This document shows positions 24,597-39,841 of a DNA stretch of 64,000 bases, piece by piece. Numbering within the stretch: the stretch's first letter is position 1; the number at the start of each line of letters is the position of its first letter. The notes under the pieces are model-generated. The model was not told the origin of the DNA and did not search any database. It saw nothing but the letters and a program-made list of their open reading frames with translations. This stretch comes from Vicugna vicugna (lineage: Eukaryota), in contig MU058065.1 of NCBI GenBank assembly GCA_013265495.1, positions 8,184,302-8,248,301 on the forward strand. Direction: 5' to 3'. The position numbers and the translations under genes were made by a program.

Positions 24597-27500
24597 CTGT
24601 GGAAGGAGAAATTGAGAATTTGGTCTCCTGCTCTGAGAACTCTGAGGTAGGCTGATGTCATTATCACCGCCACGAGCTTCACACATCCTAACATCAATCG
24701 TCAGAGCCAAGAGACCCTGACTTATCCACTTGCTTTAGCCAAGCCACAGGAACTGTCTGGGCTTTGGTTTTGTCCTGGGAGACATGGCATTATAGCTACT
24801 CTGTCATCCTTCGAGAACAGCTGTGAGAATCCAAAATGCGGCAAGGAACATGAAAGTTCTTTGGAAAGGCATTTCAGGTAGGGCCTCAGCATCCATACCA
24901 AGCTCAGGTGCTCGGCTGAAATGCAGCCTTGCTAAGCACACCTATTTACTACAGGCATTACAACTGAGTGACAACTTACACATGACATTGGCCCCAGGTG
25001 TGCCCCCCACCCTCCCTTTTCACCTGCCCAGTTGTATCCACACCCAACTGACTAAGCTCACCTCCAAGATTTACTGAATCAATTCCAACCAACCCCAACT
25101 AGTCTATTCTAGTATCATCTCAAAACTATTATTCACGCGTTTCTGGCCTGTCTCTACATAAAGTAATTGACTTCAAGAGGAAACCGTATTTTCTTTGTAG
25201 TCTGTATCTAAATAAATCCCAATAAAGAATGCTAACACAGGAGATGCTTAGTTTCCTGACAATATGAGACAACACTTACTGTCACTCTTGAGTTCCCAGA
25301 GATGACAGACACTCTTACCATCAGTGGTAGGGCAGCCGTCTCCTTCCACTGGCCAGCCTGGGTTTACAGATACCCCCACTTTTGGGTTCTGGGCCCTGTG
25401 AGGCCAGTGACCAACCTGGCAACTTTGGTTCTTCACAGAACAAAGCAGTAATAACACCTATGGCCCTGAACTCATCAATAACTCAGGAAACAGCCACAGC
25501 CAGACTGTACCTTAAATTACAGACACCGCAGACGGTGAGAAAAGCTACCTGCTCAAAATAGTTTTTTGCCTTTAAACAGCATCTTCCCTCTAGGCCTTGA
25601 CAAGAAGGAAGAAGAGACCCAGAAACCACAGGAATCCACAGGGACACTGACAGGCAGTGGATCCATTTTATGTTCTGTGTGTCATGGCAGTGGTGGCCAC
25701 CGTCCATTCTATTTGGGGGCAGCAGTTCAACTGAACAACTCAAACTTCCTGGGAACTCATGTTGAAGAGGTGATTCTGTGTGTGTATGTGTGTCTTAACA
25801 CGCTTCTCAGCCCCACGCCCAGTCAGGACTCAGACACATGCACAACTTTGTGAGTGTGGCCCATGAGCTCACACGAAGTCCATTCGTGGCCCTCAAAGGG
25901 TTCCCTGCAGCAGGTTAGGCCCTCCAACCGAACGCGTCCCCAGCAGGACGCGTGGAAGGGCTAGACAGTGTCAGGCTTCCGTATGATGACCTCACCTACC
26001 GTGTGGACCCCTCAAGCAGACTGCACCCCACTCATCCTCAATCTACAATTTTACTCCCGAGTCCTTCAGAGACTCTTGGCAGGCCCTTCCCTCTGACCTA
26101 CACCCACTCACTCCACACTTGCTAATAAGAAAGGGGGAGGGCAAAACAAACAGATGGAGAAATGGTGAAAAGCACTTTCAGAAACCTTGCCCCAAGATTT
26201 AACACGTAGAGCTGATGTGGGTGTGAGAAAACAAACATCCTTATCACACTCGGCTGGGGGGATGGTCCCCCGGCTAACCCTTTTGGGGATGATTTGTCAG
26301 TACGGTTCCAAAAGCTTTCAAAATATGCCCAAACCCTACGATGCAGCAACTTATTACCCCTTAAGATTTATCCTCATGATACAGCTGGAGGTAAACAAAT
26401 TCATAACTGCTTTTTCAGTGCAGTGTTACTTAGAATAGTGAACAACTGAAATCACTTAAATGTCCAACTAACAATGATTGGCAAAATTATAATACAGCCA
26501 GGTGAGAATCACCAGGCAGCCTTCAAATACTATACTTCAAAAGAATATATATCATGGAAAAGCGTACAGATACAGTTTTGCAACCTGCTTTCCTCCCCAC
26601 TTGATGTATCTTTATAAAATCCCAATTCTGCTTTTAAAATACATATGTTGCTCATTACATACATAAGCTACATATATATTTCTATATAAATATATATTTT
26701 AAAGCCAAATACACATATATTTTATAAAAAAAATACCCTAGTATATATGTCAAAATTACGTAATACAAAAACGAGTGAATCTTTTTTATGGTATAGTAAT
26801 AAAAAACATTTAATAAATGTTACTTATTATAAGTAATTTTCTTTTTTTCAGAATTTATACAATAGACATCTATTATATTTTTAATGTGGGAGAAATCAAT
26901 AGATTTATCTTAAGGAAAAAAAGCTCCCAAAACTGAGTAGACATAATACTAATCCATTTAATGATCTCACTTCTTTTGCCAGCCATGGGCTGGGAAATTT
27001 TAAATAACCTGCATTCTTTGTTCCTGCCTCCTAGACTTTTATTAAATTAGATCCACTGGGATTCTGAATTTATTTTTCTATGCTGGAATTTGAGTGGATT
27101 GTCAAACAGCAGAAAGGTGAGCTGATACTGTCACCAGGAAACCTGCACGGACTAGCTCCACTTTTCTGCTCCTGGTCTTGCTGATCAAAAAATGGCTTTA
27201 GACGGAAGATGATTAGAGTCTGTTTTTCTTAGCCTGTGAAGAGCTATCTATTATTTCAGCTGAAAAATGAGAAAAAGCTTTCGCTGTGCATTATGTTTTA
27301 TAAATTGGCTGCTTCACCTCGGCTTCTGTGATTTAAAGCTTTTCAAAAAATGTCTTCCTCCAGATGGGAAGGTGTGAGGGAACAAAGAAAGACTCTCTTC
27401 TTAACAGGCCAGCAGAGCTTTGCTGGAACCACTATAATGTGCAAAATTGCACGGAAACTTGGGGCTACAGAGTCACTGTAAAAACGGTGGTGGTGCTGGG

Positions 27501-30108
27501 GTGCTTTCTGTAGATTCACCGACTAAAACCATAAAACCGTGATCCTCCATTTAAAGTCTTTCAGCTCCAGATTTCACAGCCATTCACGGTTCGGAAGGCA
27601 TGTCAATGGTCATCTGGTCCAAGCCCCGGCCGGCACCAGCTCCCCTTCCTGAGTTAAGCTGTGGGGGTGCTCCCAGTTGGAGTCATGGTGTGCAGAGGCA
27701 CCAAATCCAGGGCTTTATGGTAAGAAAGGTTCTGATGTTCTAAAGTGTCATGCTCATAAATTCATTTGCCACTTGGATTTTCTATTATAAAAATGAATTT
27801 ACATTAAAGAACAAAAAAGAAAACCAAATTTTCAAGGATTTATCTTATTATCGAAAAGAATTTAGTATCTGGTTTGAGCGTCATGCTGAAGGTAATCTGT
27901 ACCAGCTCAATTTCTCTCTTAGGGACAATCTCTAATGTCCCCAGATGCCAAGGAAGCACATAGCAACTCCTAAGCACTGGACTGGGAAGAGCTCTAGTTT
28001 CCTTCTCCACTGGATTCTTTAAGAATGACACCGCAATTTAAGGCTTGTTTTCACAGTCTGCAAAATAGCATTTAGATTCTGGGGTGAAGAAGCAGAGACC
28101 ACAATCACACAACAGGTGGGACACAGAGCAACTGCCACTAGCCTTTCGTACTTTCTGGCACCAACCCTGTGAGGCAGGTCGTGGCTCCCCTTTTAGGTAA
28201 GATGAGGAATTTTCATAGCTACGGGAAGTTATAAACACCGAACATTCCTCATTTCCATAGCTCAGCCTTGTCAATTTCATATCCTTGCCTGTAAACTCAG
28301 AAATCAAACTTGCAGGTTACACCTACAATCATCTTTGGAAAGAGCCACTCACCTAACTATACACATTGGTGGAAAGTTTAAAAAATGGTTTCAAACCTTG
28401 CTGCACTAAGTTCAAGATTCCCATACTTCTTTGTCTTCTTTTTCTTTTTGGCCATACTACACAATTTACAGTTGCCTCTTGACCTTCTGTGACTTTCCTC
28501 CTCAATTCAAATGTTCACTGACTACTTTGTCAATTGTCTACACTGGCTGTTCTCCACCTGGTTCAGGAGGTGGACTGGGTACACAGCAGGGTGTTCTCTG
28601 GGGATTCCCATGGACTACTGACAGACTTTCTTCTGTCACACAAGGAACTAAAACATAGCATTTTATAAACATTCAGTTCTTTACATCTAAAAATATCACA
28701 CATCTGAATTTTTTCCATCAATATTATATATGCTATTCATGTCCATTGGTTTTCTTGTCTGTAGAGTTTATTAGGGGGCAAGTTAGTAGACATTAAGGTT
28801 TAATAAAGTTCTAAGAAAACATTTTACATTGGAAAGAAAAACTATTCATTGAGTTTTTATCTATAGAAATCAGAAAAAGACCACCAGTACTGATTCTAGC
28901 AACAGAACACCCTGGTTCGGCTTCAGGGTTCCACCGAAATACAATTTGAAAACCACTGGTCTATGCGTTCACGTCCATACATACGGAACTTTGTTTGAAA
29001 ACTCCACGACAAAAAAATTATGCCTGCTCCCTTCCTCCAGGCCGCCCATATGATTATGCATCATACAGCATACACTAAATACAGCTAGACAGTTAACCAG
29101 TGCATCCTCTGCCCTACACTGTTTCTTAAAAGTTACTAGCCAGACTTGCTCATCACAAGGTAAAATAACATTAAAAAAAAAAAATCACACCTCTGCCTCC
29201 TGTCATTCTGATTTATTTTGCACTCTCCCAGAAGGCTGAGATCTCACCTAGATCTACGTTTCTGTATACAGGGAATTATCAAGCCCACATAGTGCTTTAT
29301 GATAATATCAAAAAATGTCAATGACTTATTTTCTGGGGAATGAAAATTGCAAGGTTTTATCCCAAGAGGACAGAGACAGAGCTGGTATAGATTACTTTAC
29401 AGCACTTAGCACAGTATGACACTAAAGACAGACATGAAATGAAAGTGTTTTGAAAAGATAAAACCACCATCTTGGAAAGAGCCCTAAAATATAGGACTAA
29501 CAGGCTTGGTTATAGCCTCAGCTCTGTCGTGGAGTAGCCATAAGACCTTGGGCAAATCACAGTCTCTGTGAGCCTCAGTTTCCTTCTCTGTAAAATTGGG
29601 ATGCCAACTTCCTGCCAATGATAATGACTGTAGTGAGGGATAAGAGGGTTTGAAAACTATTGTATCTGTCAGTTTGTTGCTCTGACTAAACAAATGGCAT
29701 GGGATGGTTAGAGGGTTAACTTATATACCAAATACACTTAGGACTAACTTCCAACAACTGTTACTAGACTGAGACATTCTCAAAACACACTAAACATTGA
29801 TTGCAACTGTCTTTAAGGGATTCAGAATATATATCACCATCCTATGGTTGCCCTGGGATTTATTTTTAAGACCATCTGTCAACAGTGATTTATACAAGTA
29901 TAAAAGTGCAAATTAATAAAAGATTCTGGAAGCAGATTAGGTAGGCTGAGAAATGAAGCGGGCTCCCGGTCCTGGCCCAGGGAGACGGGGAGAGGTTACA
30001 GAAAGACAAGGGCAGTGACAGCTGGGTAATCTCCGCAGAGCCCCTTCCAGAAAGGAGCAGCTGTGGACACAACGGACTTCCAAACCCCTCCTCCAGCCTT
30101 GGACTCAC

Positions 30109-30327
30109 AGTTTTGTCCTTGGTGGTCATCTCCTTGGCCATGGCATCTAGGGCAGCTCTGGTCCCAGCGCTGATCTGGCCTGGGGCCACCACCACCATCT
30201 TGCGCTGCTTGGCTGGGAGCTGGGAGAGGACGTCACACTTGAGGCGTCGCAGCATGACCGCCTCCTCCAGCAGGAGCTTCAGCTCTCCGAGGTTGGAGGA
30301 GCCCGAATAATCCCATCCCCAGGGCAT
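30109..30327 (-). CDS. SMARCAL1: SMARCAL1 exon 12 (219 bp; [13 protein letters not shown]...MLRRLK...KDKT)
   Basis: cag|ATGCCC...AAAACT|gtgag. Confidence 0.95.
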
Positions 30328-33300
30328 CTGTGGAGGCAGGACCGAGATACGGCCTGTGAGGTTCTCCCAGGGCTGAGTAACAGGGCCGTGAGCCCCAGAT
30401 ACAACCTTCTCTTCCCTGGTCTCTGCTCAGAGAACTCCAAGTGGCCTTGCAGGATGAATAAAACCTCACAAAATACAAATGAGAAACAGGAAGGAAAAGG
30501 GAGAAAGAAAATCAGGAGTGAGGTGGACCAATAACACGTATCATCGTGTCCCACAGTTTGGCACTAAGCTTTCTAGCTGCAAAGGCAGGATGTCAAGAGG
30601 TTTGGTGTCCATTACGCTCAAGAACTAACGAGGCACTCAGCTTGTCCCAGATACTAAATGCAGAAATAATCCTTCCTGGGGCTTACCCTTCAAAACCCAT
30701 TTCACAATATAATAGATGATGTTGTAATATCTTTATTGGATGAGGTTTACGAGGATTTACAAAGCTGTTCTTCCTCAGTGTGGGTTATGCCAACAGAAAC
30801 AAGCATGGCGTGGTGAACACAATCGCGGTGGCGGGGGGAGCTGAAGGGAGAAGCCCAGAGCACAGGTGTCTGCAGTCTGGCTGAAACCAGAAGGGGTTTT
30901 ATTTAGAGTACCCAGGGAGTCCTTCAAAAAAAGAGTTCCTTCATTTAGCTGCTCATGGGAGACAGTGAGCAAGAATGTCTATTTCCTACCACACAGCTGG
31001 AAAAGATGTTACCAGTTGAAATAAAAACCCTGTCCTTTACTAACAACTTCCTGGAAACAGGACTGACTTCTATGGTCTTGCAGAAAATCAGGGAGCCAGG
31101 GTGCCTGCTGCCTTAGAGTTTCAGTTGCTCGTCTCCCCTTGTGCCTCAGCCCACCCTGGACTGTGAACTTCTGAGGGCAGGGGCTTGATCATTTTCCAGG
31201 GCCAGTGTACCTAGAACAATCATGGAAAATTTATAGGACACCTTTGCTAAACTGAGAACAGGAAAAGACAGCCCAAGGTGGAGAAATAACATAATAAAAC
31301 TGCTTCTTTTTAAAAAAACAAAATTCTGAAATCAACTAGAAGTTCTCTGCAAATGCCTTCATGCTATGAGGTCGAAAATGAGCTTGGCATGGGGCATTCT
31401 CTTCAGTGGCTTCTCTTCATGCAGGAATCTGGCCACAAAAAGAAAAAAGAAAGAAAAAGAAAAGGAAAAAAAAGGCGGCCCGGCCTACCAGCTGCTTTAT
31501 ATAAAAATCATGCTAGGAACAAAAGGGTATCATAATTAATTTGGGTATCATGAACCTACATTCTCATATTGTCAGCTCTTAATCTTACAGGTTAAAACTC
31601 AATAATACCAAAGGCTGACAGCTCAGCTGATTAACGGAAATAACAAACACCTAAGATGATTCTCTGTGTCATCCTTTCTCGGGTCATTTTGGGGAGGAAC
31701 ACTGGAAATGTGTGCAGGCCCTGGCCAACCTGGCTATGGTCGGTCACCTGACACTGAAAGGCCCCCGGCCCAAGCCAGGAAACGTACCGAGTCCACCAAG
31801 AACACACTGCTGAGCTGCAAGAGAGACACAGCCACAGACAAGGAGAGCTTTCGTCATGCTCCACTGCACTCTGGGGGTGGCCCCGCTCCTGCCGAATCAA
31901 GGCAGAGAGGCCTACTTCAACCCGCAGAGGCAGAGGGCACACAGAGGAGCTGAAAGAATTACGTAAGGTAAGTGTTTGCGGATTACCAGTCTCAGAGAGA
32001 GACCAACTTGCTGGGGCGGGGTCTCCTTGGCCATCCGCTGGTTGAAAACAGCCCTGGCATACTCTGTGAAGGCACCTGGCAACATTCATTACTGCTGACA
32101 GTGACAGGACGTCGGATGTGACCAGTCTACAGTGGAACCACGCCCAGGCCCGCCAGCACTGGCTGCAGGCCCATTCGACCTGTGTTTCTCTGTGCACTGA
32201 GCCAGCCCCCAGACCGCAGAGGTGAGCGTGTTACCAGCCGAGGCCTATGCCATGTCTGGAGGGGCCCAGCACAGAGAATCTCAGCAAAGTCCACCCACGT
32301 GAAGACTGGAGCTCGCACGGGCGATGCATCCGCTGACGAGGAGACCAGCGGTAACAGGGCCAAGCACTGGCTCCGCCCACACCCCCTTCTGCTGCTCTCA
32401 ACCTCCAGGCCCCTTTCCTCTGGTTCACAAGAGACACTGGTAGCACCTAGAATTTTCTTTTCCCTTTGTCTGGCAAGGCCATCCTTCTGAAAGCGAGTGG
32501 CTTTGGAAGGGACATAGGGAACTTGTGAGGAGGACAGCGGCTCCCGCTCCGCCGCCTGGGTCAAACTGATGAACACTAATGCCCGTCAGGAGGAACTGGG
32601 GTTTGTGAATAATGTAACTTAAACATTTACAAGTCGCTGGTTTCCTCACTGGGACGAGAAATGGACAATGGCAATCCACTTTGGTGTACACTGTCTTCCA
32701 GGCATATGTGAGAGAGACAGAGAGAGGAGGAGAAGGGGAAGGGGGTGGGGAAGGGAGAGGAAGAATGAATAATTAATTATAAGGAATGTTTTGCATCCTA
32801 CTTCTTCCCACTCTTTTATTTCTCCATGTCATTAAATATCCTTTTTTCCTTAAGTTAAAAAAAGTTGAGGTTTTAGAAGTGGAGACTTTGATGGCAATGG
32901 CATTCGTGTTTACGAGGCTTCCTCTGCCATATTTGGAGAAGAGAGGCCACGCGGGTTGTAGCTCCAGCAGCATCTGCCCCACTGGCACCAAATTCACAGA
33001 AATAATCTGTAGGTCAGAGGCTTCTGGCCTGGTGACCAGGCACAATTCACTATAATGAGTCAACGCCTGTGAGCAGAGGCCCGCTGATGAGAGCCCACCG
33101 GGGCGGCCCAAGATCCGCTCCCCGCCCTGCCTTCCCCAAGGCCCCCTCTGTCTTTCCACAGAGCGTGCAGGGCCTCGGCCTCGCCTGGGACTCACCCCAG
33201 CAACCCCTCTCGGGGGAGAGCCGCTGGCCCTCAGGGCTCCACACACCTACGTGTCAGCCACCGGTTTCTTTGTCGGAGAACACTAACCCGGACCCACCAC

Positions 33301-33398
33301 AGGTGTTAAAGCTCAGAGGGGCCTAACCCCTGAGGACAGGCCACGGTCAGAGTTAGGTGCGAAGCAGAACTGAAATCTGGCCTGCGCTTTTCTGATCA

Positions 33399-33770
<372 letters not shown>

Positions 33771-36700
33771 TCAAGATTACTCACCTCAGAACCAAGGTGG
33801 ATCTAGCTTCCAAAGACATGGAAGCTGGCCTCACACCCCAGCTCCGTGGGGGTGGGAAGTCTAAGTGAAGATACTGTGACTGGAGAAAAAGAGCACGCAT
33901 GCTCCAAGAACCTCACAGTGTGACACGTGTAAGAGGCTGGACGTCCTCTCCTAAGCTGCCTCAGCTGTGCCCCCTGCCCACCTCTATGTGAGCACTTAGA
34001 ACACTATACTGAATTCCACCTTGTCTTCTCCCTCACTGGACTGCAGGCTTCTTGAGATCAAGGACCGGGCTGTGATCACTTTTATACTCTGTAGCACCAT
34101 GGCTGGCACAAAGTAAGCAATCAATAATTATTCATGTTGCCTAAAAGTATTTAGAAGGAAGCTAATGAGCATCCCAGGAAACTTGGAGTGAACTCAAAGA
34201 ATCCAGCATTGGAAGAGGAAGTGAGAGTATGGGAGATGGCAGCAGCTCTGAACTTTTTCCAGGATAGACTTCCGACCCCCAGGCAGAACCTATGAGCAGA
34301 TAGCAACACCTAGGACCAGTCCTTTCTCAGTCCCAGGAGGAAGAGCAATGGCCTACATATAAGCCTCTATTTGATTTTCTTTACAGGGAAAAAGAAAAGG
34401 CCATCTCTAACTCAGCTGCAAAATGCTTTTCAGCCTTGAGATCTCTGACTCAAGCTCATTTTGCAGTTAATAAGGACTTTAATAAAAGATGGGACCTGGA
34501 TCCATTAACCCTACACTCAGCTCGGGCCTGCAGCAGCCGTGGGCAGCATGGGCATAAATAGTTGGTGGATTCCAATGACAGACTCCAGGCTCCCCATTAT
34601 CCTGACACCAGCCTGACCCAAGGAGACCAGACCCAAACATCTCACCTCTTACTCAGATGAGAAAGAGGGCGAGATAAAAAAGGAGACACTTCCCACTGTA
34701 TGAGAACATGGAATGGCCAAAGATCACTGGAGGTAAAGTGCATTTCACCTCTGGAAAGGGACCCTGCCGTGGGGCTCAGTTGTCTAGAAACAGCTTGTTA
34801 ACCACTGTCACCTTGACTTAGTGACAGCAGCATAAGGCAACTGCATGCAGTCAATCACCTACAGGAGGAAATTAGGTTTTCAAATGGATACACTGCCTCA
34901 TAAAAATAAATAAATAAAGATGCAACAGAGGAAAGAAAAATGATTCTTTATAAATATACAATATATACAATTTTCAAGATGCACTTCTGCCCTCTCAGCA
35001 ACCACCAATACCTAATTCCACTATGACAGGAGAGCTATGAATTTCTCCAGCTATCATTTTCCGCAGTTCAATTACCCGGCCTTCTAATTTCCTGCACAGT
35101 TTAATGCAGACTCATTAAAATAACAATGAGCTTCTTGAATGACGCCTGTAGCATCGCTTGCCTTGGCTCAAGACCATTTCAATGAAACGGGGAAAATGAA
35201 AAGTCTTATCAGGAAGAAAAAATCAGCTCATCGTCCCAAAGCTCTTCCCCACGTGACTGCTGCTGCAGCCTCGGGATGGAGCCTGGGCAGCAGCTCACGG
35301 ATCAGGGGATGGAAATTAACCCCAGGGTTCTCGGTCAGGTACTCATAGGATAGAGTGAATGCAGAGTCAGACCTCCCATACACGGTCCAACCGTGGAAAA
35401 TGGATGTTTGTGGGTGTGAACAGGCAGAGGCGGCATCATGGAAAAAGAAAAAGGCCAGCTGTGAAAAGAAGCCAGGACGGCATCTCATCTCCACGGAATG
35501 ATTTAGCCTGAGCAGCCCCAGCACGTCTGACTGTCAGCACTGCCACCCGTGAGGCCTTTAATTGTGCCCCGCTGCACATGATTTATACGTCACTCTCCAC
35601 CTCTGAGAACTTCCAATTTAGGAAACTATAAATGCAAAAAACTACATAAATCAACACTAAATTGAACACTTCATAGTTAACTCCTCTGGCACTCAAGAAA
35701 TGCACAATGGAACAATGTAAAAAAAAATGATTTCTATTTGCCTTTGGAGAGAAGTCTGGCGATTCACACGAGCAGGGGACCCCTCCTGTTGCCTGCCTGA
35801 TCACTGTGGGAGGGCAGACCCTCCAGCTGACACCACTCCCCTCTGACCTGGAGAGGCAAAGAGCCATCTCTTTAAAATGCGAAGGGTTTTGGGTTTTCTC
35901 TTCTAGGTGCAGGGGAACCGGGCTTTCTACTCCCCACTTGTGTTATCACATGAAAAGCTGGCCATTGCAGTGCTGTACGTAACACCCAAAGCCTGGTTAC
36001 AAAGCCACCACAAGGGAACAGATGATGCACATTATGGCAGATTTATACAACAGAATACCATCTGCAAGAATGAGGTCAAGTCATCAGGAACGAGGTGGAA
36101 AGATTACCAAGATACAACACTAAGGGAAAAAAGGTAGGTGCAAAATGGTGATTGTCGAACACTCGGGAGGGAGAAAGGAAACACATGTGCGTGTACTTTC
36201 ATGCGCATGGACTAACTTTTAGAAGTAAACCTGAACACTGGGCAGCTGTGGCTGCCTTCAGGGAGACGACTGGGGACTAGGAATCCAGAGGTGGGAGAAA
36301 GTTATTCTTCACTGTACACCCTTTTGTACTATTTGAATATGCCGTCTGTTTAAACTAATGAAAAAGGAAAAAGAAAAAGCTCATGCACCTTAGACCACTA
36401 TTCTCATCCAGCCAATCGGCAGAGATTAAAGGACTCTACACACACAAAGAGGAACAGCGAGTTATTTGGAAAGGATGGCGGGATTCTGAGGGCCTTTTTC
36501 CTTCTAAAGAAATAATCTAACTGGTTTAACAATAAAAAGTACTATAAATAAAACACCACTAAAGGAAACTCAAACACACACCTCACTGCTCAAAAGGGAA
36601 AAGTCTGATAACATTCAGGGCTGGGGTCACGTGGAGAAAAAGACCATGTTATTCAGGCCGAACAGGAGTGAAGACGGTGCTGCCCGAGCAGCCTGGACTG

Positions 36701-37018
36701 CAGAGGCATCTATCAAAAGGTAAAATTACGACCCAGAAACTCTGAATGTAAGAATCTGTCCTAAGAGGACAAAGTATACAAGCTGTGAATATACAGATGA
36801 CGTTCATTTGCAGAATTACTTATAATAGCAAAACAGCCTCCAACACTAAGAGCTAAATTATGGGATGTGTCCATATAACGAAATGCTCCCAAGCCATTAA
36901 AAATGACGATCTTGCCCTGCAACTGACAGTGTTAGAACAACAGTGGTTTTCTATGTTGGAAGAAGTAAAGGTGATCTTAGTTTTGTTCTTTATAGTTTCT
37001 GTCTTGCCTACTTTCACA

Positions 37019-37214
37019 CAGTTGACACTTAATCAGTGTGGGTTTGCACCGCACAGGTCCACTTATCAGCAGGTATTTTTCAATAGTAAACTCTACAGTA
37101 CTACATGGTCCAAGGCTGGATGAATCAGAGGATACGGAGGAACTGCAGTTGCCAAGGACCAACTAACTATAAGTTAAGGGCAGACTGACCCCCACGCTGT
37201 TCGAGGGTCAACTG
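37019..37214. mobile_element. Tigger-family (MER8-like) DNA transposon
   Basis: TIRs cagttgac...gtcaactg followed by TA. Confidence 0.7.
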
Positions 37215-37616
37215 TATATGACAGGGACCATCTTGCTTAGCATAGCCCAGGTGAATGGTGCTGCAGGGGAAGAAAGATGTCACACTTCCCGGGGGACAAT
37301 GACGCCAGTTTCTTACAACCTCAGCGCCATGTCCTCTGGACGCAGCTGCTGTTTCCATTCACGAAACCTGCATTATCTGGCCTGGCTCTCTCACAGGCAG
37401 TATGAGCTAATCTAATTACCTCATTACGGACATTTGCTGAAAATATCTTAAAATACTAATTATCATAACACAGTTCTATGAGATGCACAAGTTAAGAGGA
37501 GCAATCAAGTGCTATTAAATTAGGCCCTTATGTGGCTTTTCAAAGGCATTATTTACTTCTTCCCAACTCTGTTTATTCCCAAAATACTTAAATTCATTTC
37601 CTTAGAGTATATAGAT

Positions 37617-37850
37617 CAGTGGTTCTCAACAGAGAAGGGGAGGAGTGATTTGCTCCCTTACCCCCAGGGAACATCTGGCAATATCTGGAGACAACTGTGG
37701 TTGTCACAACTGGGGGTGCTCGCAGCATTTAGTGGGTAGAGGCCAGGGATGCTGCAAAGCATCCCACGATGCTCGATACAGCCCTGTGGATAACCAGCAA
37801 CTGTCCAGCCTAAAACAGCACGAGTCGAGTGCCAAGGTTGAGGAACGCTG
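37617..37850 (+). mobile_element. MER20-like hAT element
   Basis: cagtggttctcaac...ggcaatatctggagaca...gtagaggccagggatgctgc...gttgaggaacgctg. Confidence 0.75.
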
Positions 37851-39104
37851 GTCTAGATGAAAACACAGCAGACAGATGAGAGGTTTGATTAACAGAGTAA
37901 CACAGAATGTCTCATTCTCCATCTCCACTCAGTCACGTTAAAATTCCAGCATCACGTGAAGTCAACGTTAGGGGCGAGCGCAGCTTCAAGATGCTCATCA
38001 ACAGGCTATGCTCATGGGTCCTATTTTAAAATGTCAATTCATCCAAGTTCTGCTGCATAGGCAGAGTAACATATACTAGTTAGCAGTTAAAAGATTTGTT
38101 TTAAATGTGTCACTTTGAAAGAGACCCAAGATATTAAAAACGTAAACACTGCTTTAAAAGTGTTTTAAAAGCTTCTGGCTCAGAAGCACATAATTTAGAA
38201 GCCAATATTTAAGTCCATATTGTCTGGCCAGGCAATGAGTGAATTAACAAGATAGCTGCTAAGAAGCTTTGCTGTTTATCCTTAACGATATAATCTATCT
38301 ACCATGCAGTTTCTTTTGTCTAAATAGTCAGGGGTACAGATTTAATTTTAGTTATGGCTGTAATACCGGAACCATAGTACCAAGGCCTATTAAAATTTTT
38401 CAGAAGAAAACAATAAAACCTCCCAAAAGAAAAGTCACCACTCCGGGAAAAACATTTCATTTAAGTGTGTCCATAAATGGCTCTCAACCTATGAACGTTT
38501 GTAGGTAATACGAGCAGAGGATCAAGCTTTTTAAGTAAAGGACTTTTAGCTTTGGAGAAAATAACATAGTCCTGCTTTGGAAGATGTATTATATTACCTG
38601 CTGTTCCTAACACAAAGCAAACTTGAAATGAGTAGACACTTGCATGTGTTCTACGGGGAGTTGGAAAAAAACTGAATTAATTTTCAAATACTAGTAAGTT
38701 TCACCAACATTTAGCATTTGTTTTCCCTAGCTTAGGTACAATTTAAAGCTACTTAAAGCTTCTTTTAAGCAGGAAAAAAAAAGGCTGCAGTTTTAAAATG
38801 CTTACGCAACCCAAAGGCTGCTTTAATAGAGTCCAGTTTGCTCAGTCCATACAAACCAAAGGAGAGTCCCCCAAAGTCCTCTGTGAGACGTTTCGACCTA
38901 GCTATGAGAGAAAAGACTACTTTTCTAACTGTACTATTTTTTCCCAATAGTAGGATAAAGCTCACTACAAAAAGATGGAAGGAGATGGGTCTTCCCTCTG
39001 CCGGGACACAAAATACAGACCCAGAAGTGTGTGCCATACAAAACAGGGAGCTTATACTGCAATCAGAATGGAATGCTTTTGGATAAAGACTTGAGGCTGC
39101 ACTG

Positions 39105-39156
39105 TACACACACACAGACACACACAGACACACACAGATACACACACACACACATA
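39105..39156 (+). repeat. Imperfect (CA)n microsatellite
   Basis: Directly visible. Confidence 0.9.
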
Positions 39157-39775
39157 CCCCTTCTGCTCTGAAGCCAGGACTCAAGCAAACCGCTCAGCAC
39201 AGGTTTAGACCACCCCAGGAAGGGAAGTGCACGGTTGGCCCTCCCATTAACATTCTCGGAGCCGCCCCAGAAAAGCGCATCATCTTATAAAGCCAGTCTT
39301 AGCTTTGTAGCGCCTCCTGCTGGTGCCCATGGCCTGGTTCTAAGTCTGCATAACTCATAGCCCTTGGTTTCCAGCACCATGAGAGCTTTGTGACTTAGAA
39401 GACGGGCAGTTCCTCCTGGGCTACTTAGAGGACACGCTGCTGGAGGCTGTCCCTCTGCCTCGTCCAGGAGGAGCCCAAGAAGGTTCTGGAGTGAGTCTCG
39501 ACCAGGCCTGTGACCTTCAACAGGTCTTCATCTTTGAGAGACAGACAGACGCACTGACCACTGGTTCCTTGGAAGGATGCTAAGGAAGAAAAACTAATCT
39601 GGCACTTAAGCCCTAAGTAGAGATGCCCTGAGTCGATGCCAAGTCACATCCACAGCCCGCAGACCTGGACTTGCAGCCCCTGTTCCCCTTGGGCCCTTGG
39701 CCAGCCCAAGCCAAATACAGTGGATCTCAGTGCCAAGTGTGCTCAGGTACCAGGTCTGTTCTCAGCAGCACTCAC

Positions 39776-39841
39776 CTTGAGGAGGGGCATAGCCGCGCGA
39801 CAGCGGGCGGTCTTAATATTTTTGAGGAAGTGAGATTCATC
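39776..39841 (-). CDS. SMARCAL1: SMARCAL1 exon 10 (66 bp; Walker B DESH)
   Basis: cag|GATGAATCTCAC...CTCAAG|gtgag. Confidence 0.95.

Noticed and set aside
26950..27560. Repeat-free intronic stretch that might be a conserved enhancer (similarly ~35000-35250)
   Set aside because: Conservation cannot be judged without an alignment
32705..32765. Purine-rich, G4-capable tract
   Set aside because: Common low-complexity sequence with no functional evidence
31631..33326. Cluster of 100-190 aa ORFs in GC-rich intron 11
   Set aside because: No coherent protein signal on either strand; expected in GC-rich intronic DNA
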